Shown here in pieces: positions 59,519-64,000 of a DNA stretch of 64,000 nt (positions within the stretch are counted from its first letter, which is position 1; each line of letters opens with the position of its first letter). This DNA comes from Nitrososphaeria archaeon. GTDB lineage: Archaea; Thermoproteota; Nitrososphaeria; JACIWG01. The DNA lies in the NCBI GenBank assembly GCA_963752255.1, contig CAVVXT010000019.1, forward strand, positions 288,001 to 352,000, written 5' to 3'. The notes under the pieces were generated by a model. The model saw nothing but the letters and a program-made list of their open reading frames with translations, made no database searches and had not been told where the DNA came from. The translations under genes were made by a program, and so were the position numbers.

Positions 59519-62383
59519 CTATGTCAGGAGAACTTCCTCCTGATCTTCTTCCTGACTAGCATCTATTATGGCCTGAACAAGTTCGTCGGAGACTGCGCTG
59601 TGCTTTTCCAGTATCGACTCCGCATCGGAAGCAGCCAGTGACCTTTCAGCCAAAACAAAGGTAGCGGTGCCCCCATATTTTTCGATCAGCCTGCTGGAAT
59701 CGATAATTTTCTTGTACGTCCTCCTCAGACTGATCGGCGGTTTCTCTGCTCCACTCCTCATTCTTGAAATCAGCCTTTTGACTCTTTCTTCTTCCTCCTG
59801 CGATACTCCAACCTTCTTCGAGCTGCAGATCGGGCAGCTTATGCCATGCAGAATCTGCTTTACCCTGAAGGTCTCCGAGTATTTCCAGCAGTTCGCACAT
59901 ATGAGAATAAATGCTTCCTCTAGCAGCCTTGCCTTGACGACCTGCGCTATTATATGCCTGAGCTTTTCTGGTGGAACTATTTCAGCCCTTCTGCTTAATT
60001 CTTCGATACCTATCCTCGACACCGGGGTCAGAGTCTCCTCTTTTACAACTTGAACTTGAAGCTCATTTCTCTCTATCATGGCAAGGACAGTTTTGGAGTT
60101 CTCCAGGTCAGTGTTGCTTCTGATCGCGCTTCTGTAGGCTTCCTCTACGACAGCCGTGTCTTTCATGGCTTCGATCAGCCTGTTGATGGAGATATCGCTG
60201 AGATTTGCTTCTTTGGAGATCGCCCCAAACTTTTTGGCAGAGTTCACGAAATTCTTTTTGAAGATCCCTGAACCGAGCATTTGCTTTCTGACTATATTCT
60301 CTAGGTTAACGGTAGCCAGCGTCTTAAGGCCCTCAACTATATCTTCCTGAGACGCCCAAAGAGCTCTTAACACGATCCTGTACGGGTCAACCTGGACCCC
60401 TACGGGATAACCGAACCTGTTGGACAGGAGGTAGGACAGGGCTCTTCCAACCGTTCTGTTCACAAGATGGCCCCAGCAGGTCTGAATTATAAGATACTCC
60501 TTCCACTTTTCTACGGTGATCCTCCTATCAGTGGGAAGTGGGAACCCCTCCTTCAGGTTTTCGTAAACCTCCTTGAGCCCTTTACTGCCTTCCTCTGGAG
60601 ATATTGAATATTCTTTTGAAATCAGATATGATACCTCCTTACTTTCCAGATTTTTCTGACGGTATTCTTCTACCGTTCTTCGAACCTTACCCACTTCCTG
60701 AGCTATCTGGAATGGAACAGGTATTTCTTCGCCCACCCAGAACGGAATCGCCCCGGTCGGGTCTGACTCCGACTTCACGTGCACTTTACTACCGGAGATG
60801 CTTTCAATCTTCCAGAGAGAGCCCCTCAGTATGAACTTCAACCCGACCTCCCCATATTCCGAGACAAAACTCTCGTCTAGGGTCCCCACGGAATCGTTGT
60901 CCGTATCGACTACGAGGTACTGCCTCTCCTCTGGTATCATGGACAGGTTGTTGAAGTAGTAGTTGTAGAGTGCGCTTATCTTCATAGCTTTTCTGAAGTA
61001 CGAGTCTCCCTCCAGTTTCGCTAGCCTCGGCTGTAAATCACTCATATAACGCAGGACCATCAGCAGCTCTTCCCTGGACAGATTTCTGTAAACATACGAC
61101 CTTCTGACGAACTCTAGGGCTTCGTCGATGTACCAAGACGATCTATCTAGCAGCATTCCCGCGAGTTGGTGCGCTAGCACATCCAGGGGTTTATCGATGA
61201 CCTGAGTGCTTTCCAGTATGCCGTTGACGGCCCTCTTCGCTATCACCGCGGACTCAAGGAAGTCGTCTGAGTCTTGGGTTATTATGACGCCCTTAGCTAT
61301 CAACCCTATCTTGTGCCCACTTCTTCCAACCCTCTGAACCAGCCTTGTCACCTGGCGCGGTGAATTATACTGTATGACCAAGTCGAGCCTGCCTACGTCT
61401 ATGCCCATTTCGAGTGAGCTGGTGCAGATGATCCCCTTCAGGGTGCCGTCCTTCAGCTCGTTTTCGGCCTTCACCCGGGAAGCTTTCGATAGTGAACCGT
61501 GATGTACCGCGATCGGAAAACTGTCGTCCCAAACCTTGAACCTGCTTCCCAAGACTTCGTTTTCAACCCTAGTGTTTGTGAAGACCAGCGTTGACTCGTG
61601 CTCTTCGATAAGTTTCCTTATCAGCCTGAGTCTAGCTGCGACTTCGGGGAACATGAACAATTGTGATGCGAGGGCGTAATCTTGGGATTCAGCCTGTGGA
61701 TACTTTACATCGACCTGCAGCAACCTTTCGACCTTTACTTTGATTATCCTGCAGTCCCTCTGTGTGCCCACAAGGAATTTGGCGACCCTGTCAGGGGAAC
61801 CGACTGTTGCTGATAATCCTATTACCTGAAAATCCTTTCCTATGTTCTCTCTGAGCCTCTCCAGGCCTAACGAAAGCTGGGCGCCCCTCTTGTCTTCGGA
61901 TAGTTCCTGGACTTCATCTACTATAACCCACTTAACGTGCCTTAGATGCTCTCCTATCCGCCTTGCTGGAAGGATCGCCTGTAACGTTTCCGGCGTAGTT
62001 ATAAGAATGTCCGGTGGCGCGATGGACTGCTTGGTCCTCTCTCCCACCGGCGTATCCCCGTGTCTTACAGCCAGCTTCAGGTCGAACCTCTTGCACCACC
62101 ATTCAAGCCTTCCAAGAAGATCCCTGTTCAGAGCCCTCAGTGGCGTAACGTAGAGCAGCTTTATACCCGGCGACCTCTCTAAGCCTATCATCGTGCTCAG
62201 AATGGGGAGAAAGGCTGCCTCCGTCTTTCCAGTACCGGTCGGAGCCATCAAGAGGACGTTCTTGCCCTGCAAAATGATGGGGATTGCTTGAACTTGGGGT
62301 TCGGTCGGTGTATCAAAACCGAACTCCTCTATGGCCCTCCTGAGAACTGGGGGGAAAAGTGAGAATGTCTCCGACATCGTCAA
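59519..62383 (-). CDS. lhr: Lhr-family SF2 DEAD/DEAH-box helicase
   Basis: PTEPQ, APTGTGKTEAA, PLRALNRD, DEVQE, SAT, SSLEMGID, QRVGRSGH, PFWVGE and a C-terminal Zn ribbon. Probable single-base insertion near the 3' end. Confidence 0.93.
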   Translation of the reverse strand: MTMSETFSLFPPVLRRAIEEFGFDTPTEPQVQAIPIILQGKNVLLMAPTGTGKTEAAFLPILSTMIGLERSPGIKLLYVTPLRALNRDLLGRLEWWCKRFDLKLAVRHGDTPVGERTKQSIAPPDILITTPETLQAILPARRIGEHLRHVKWVIVDEVQELSEDKRGAQLSLGLERLRENIGKDFQVIGLSATVGSPDRVAKFLVGTQRDCRIIKVKVERLLQVDVKYPQAESQDYALASQLFMFPEVAARLRLIRKLIEEHESTLVFTNTRVENEVLGSRFKVWDDSFPIAVHHGSLSKASRVKAENELKDGTLKGIICTSSLEMGIDVGRLDLVIQYNSPRQVTRLVQRVGRSGHKIGLIAKGVIITQDSDDFLESAVIAKRAVNGILESTQVIDKPLDVLAHQLAGMLLDRSSWYIDEALEFVRRSYVYRNLSREELLMVLRYMSDLQPRLAKLEGDSYFRKAMKISALYNYYFNNLSMIPEERQYLVVDTDNDSVGTLDESFVSEYGEVGLKFILRGSLWKIESISGSKVHVKSESDPTGAIPFWVGEEIPVPFQIAQEVGKVRRTVEEYRQKNLESKEVSYLISKEYSISPEEGSKGLKEVYENLKEGFPLPTDRRITVEKWKEYLIIQTCWGHLVNRTVGRALSYLLSNRFGYPVGVQVDPYRIVLRALWASQEDIVEGLKTLATVNLENIVRKQMLGSGIFKKNFVNSAKKFGAISKEANLSDISINRLIEAMKDTAVVEEAYRSAIRSNTDLENSKTVLAMIERNELQVQVVKEETLTPVSRIGIEELSRRAEIVPPEKLRHIIAQVVKARLLEEAFILICANCWKYSETFRVKQILHGISCPICSSKKVGVSQEEEERVKRLISRMRSGAEKPPISLRRTYKKIIDSSRLIEKYGGTATFVLAERSLAASDAESILEKHSAVSDELVQAIIDASQEEDQEEVLLT

Positions 62384-62479
62384 TCGATAATATTATAGCC
62401 TTAATTAAATGAATTTGCTGTTTAAAAGCAAAGCGGCCCCGTGATGCTTACTCGTTAAGGTGATAACTCCTACCAACTT

Positions 62480-63067
62480 TCACTCAGAAGCCTGTTTAGA
62501 CTTCAATCTTGCCTTGACCATTTCAGTGTTCAAATAATCTGCTGGATCGAATGGACAGACCTTTATTAGGCGAATATCTTCTGGAAAATCCAGCTTACGC
62601 CTGGAGTCGATAAGTAACAGGCCGACTTCCCCTTCGCCCAAAGCTTGGGTTATGCGATTCGAAAGGTCTTGATTTCTTTCTTTAAGGCTCTGTTCGTAGA
62701 GCTCCAACAGAGTATCGTTTGGCGATTCCCTAATCATGTTCAGCCAAGACTCTGTTTCACCTACTAAGATCGGATCCTCTGTAAGCTTTAGCTCTGCGCC
62801 TTCCTGAAGAAGGTTAACCAGTAGGGCGTAGCCCACTTCATCGTCTTTGCTAACTGCCTTTAGGGCCTCCCTCGTATCCTTTGATAGTGACTCTCGGAAG
62901 ACCTTTTGTATACGACCTCTAAAGACTTTCAACTTATCTGCAATATAGCTCCAGAACTCTTCTGATTTGGCATTGTAATCGTCAGGCACAAAAGACAAGG
63001 CTTCGATAAACTCGCTCTTTGTGAACATTCTAGGGACAATTATCAGTGTGGAGCGCATGCTCGTCAA
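62480..63067 (-). CDS. Hypothetical protein
   Basis: 195-aa ORF with normal composition. Confidence 0.7.
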   Translation of the reverse strand: MTSMRSTLIIVPRMFTKSEFIEALSFVPDDYNAKSEEFWSYIADKLKVFRGRIQKVFRESLSKDTREALKAVSKDDEVGYALLVNLLQEGAELKLTEDPILVGETESWLNMIRESPNDTLLELYEQSLKERNQDLSNRITQALGEGEVGLLLIDSRRKLDFPEDIRLIKVCPFDPADYLNTEMVKARLKSKQASE

Positions 63068-63561
63068 TCATATGGGAGGTTGATAGATTACTATTATGTT
63101 TTTAAAACCCTGCTAAAGGTTTTTGCGGTTCAGCTGAGTCTTAGGCGATTATTTTATCTGTTAACTGTAAGGTGACGACTTTTCTAAGATTTTGTAGTCA
63201 TTATTTATTTAAACCCAAAATGGAATTGGTATAGCTTTATACAATTAAATATCGTATATGGGAAAGGAGTCTCTAAACATTACTGGATTTCTTCCAGTGT
63301 CTATAGCAATCGCGGGGAAGAAGTAAAGTACTTCTTGCTTTACTGCAGTATGTTTCTATTGACTCCCCTCTTTTTTTCTTTTTAGAACCACTATGCTGAA
63401 TATAGCTGCAGCTAACGCTATGACAGCTGTAATGACTAATTTGTCCTGTTATATACCCAACGCAAGTTGATCAGGCTCAAATCTCTTCATTACTTACCCC
63501 AATAAGAAGTGCCAGACTCAACAAAAAATTATATGCCTAGATACTTATCTTCATTACAAGG

Positions 63562-63780
63562 GTGAAAGTCGAAATGAAAAATTACCTAGAGAACGAAGGT
63601 CCGAGTGACGTTCTTACTGGAAAAAACTCTGTTCTGTTGCTTATCGACCATCAAGTTGGACTAATGCAACTTGTTAGAGACATGCTCCCCGAAGAGTTCA
63701 GGAATAACGTTTTGGGCATAGCGAAAACCGCGAAGCTCTTCAAAATACCAGTTGTTTTGAAGACGTTAAATCATATTTAA
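63562..63780 (+). pseudogene. Truncated isochorismatase-like (YcaC-type) hydrolase
   Basis: LLLIDHQVGL...RNNVLGIAKTAKLFKIPVVL then a stop; the catalytic C-terminal half is missing. Confidence 0.7.
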
Positions 63781-63863
63781 GAGGATATTTAACAATTATA
63801 ATTTCAATATCTTCTACGCTAACATCAACTCGTATTCGCAAAATCATGGCGCATAATGGTAAT

Positions 63864-63998
63864 TTATTTGTGCTTCAAAGAGAAGTATGTTTCCTGCATC
63901 TTCCGTAACTGTAAAAGAACTGAATCTCCCAATTCAACATCATCATAGGTTATTAAATAATCTTCAGGCAGTTCCTTCTTTAATTTAGCTCCTGCAGC
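63864..63998 (-). CDS. C-terminus of a SAF-domain-containing oxidoreductase (runs off window end)
   Basis: AAGAKLKKELPEDYLITYDDVELGDSVLLQLRKMQE...*. Confidence 0.55.
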   Translation of the reverse strand, partial: AAGAKLKKELPEDYLITYDDVELGDSVLLQLRKMQETYFSLKHK

Positions 63999-64000
63999 AA

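Noticed and set aside
2719-62153. Numerous short ORFs antisense to or nested in long genes (e.g. 3981..4373, 12706..13149, 25124..25711, 59667..60053)
   Set aside because: Shadow ORFs opposite well-supported genes, with no motifs.

Overview
Archaeal chromosomal window, most likely Thermoproteota/Bathyarchaeia-like (inferred from BRE/TATA promoters, short leaders and gene content: RtcB, XPB-Bax1, tungsten AOR, protein disulfide oxidoreductase, Lhr). It is mostly housekeeping, redox and stress genes plus an accessory, debris-rich stretch at about 25.7-36.7 kb. Many genes carry single-base indels, which look like sequencing/assembly errors. The main discovery is a precisely bounded 2,789-bp IS6-family-like cargo transposon (50727-53515). 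It has an 8-bp target-site duplication (CTATTAAC) and ~62-bp imperfect terminal inverted repeats. It encodes a SWIM/Zn-ribbon/DDE transposase, a divergent AbrB-type regulator with a repeat-rich operator, a membrane-anchored protein, and a promoter-equipped tRNA-Gly-like gene with a malformed anticodon arm. Other signals: (i) a conserved palindrome (ACCCGAAWATKTNCGGGAAAT) just upstream of the TATA box of four unrelated small genes, a candidate undescribed regulon; (ii) three dispersed relics of a tRNA T-arm fused to GGTTTCWG(C)AC, two of them extending into a 30-bp palindrome and flanking a DtxR/NRAMP cassette; (iii) an iteron-like GCGTCAGA array; (iv) several small ORFs and pseudogenes missed by the ORF track. 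No CRISPR array or rRNA was seen. All family assignments are from motif recognition by eye; no searches were run.
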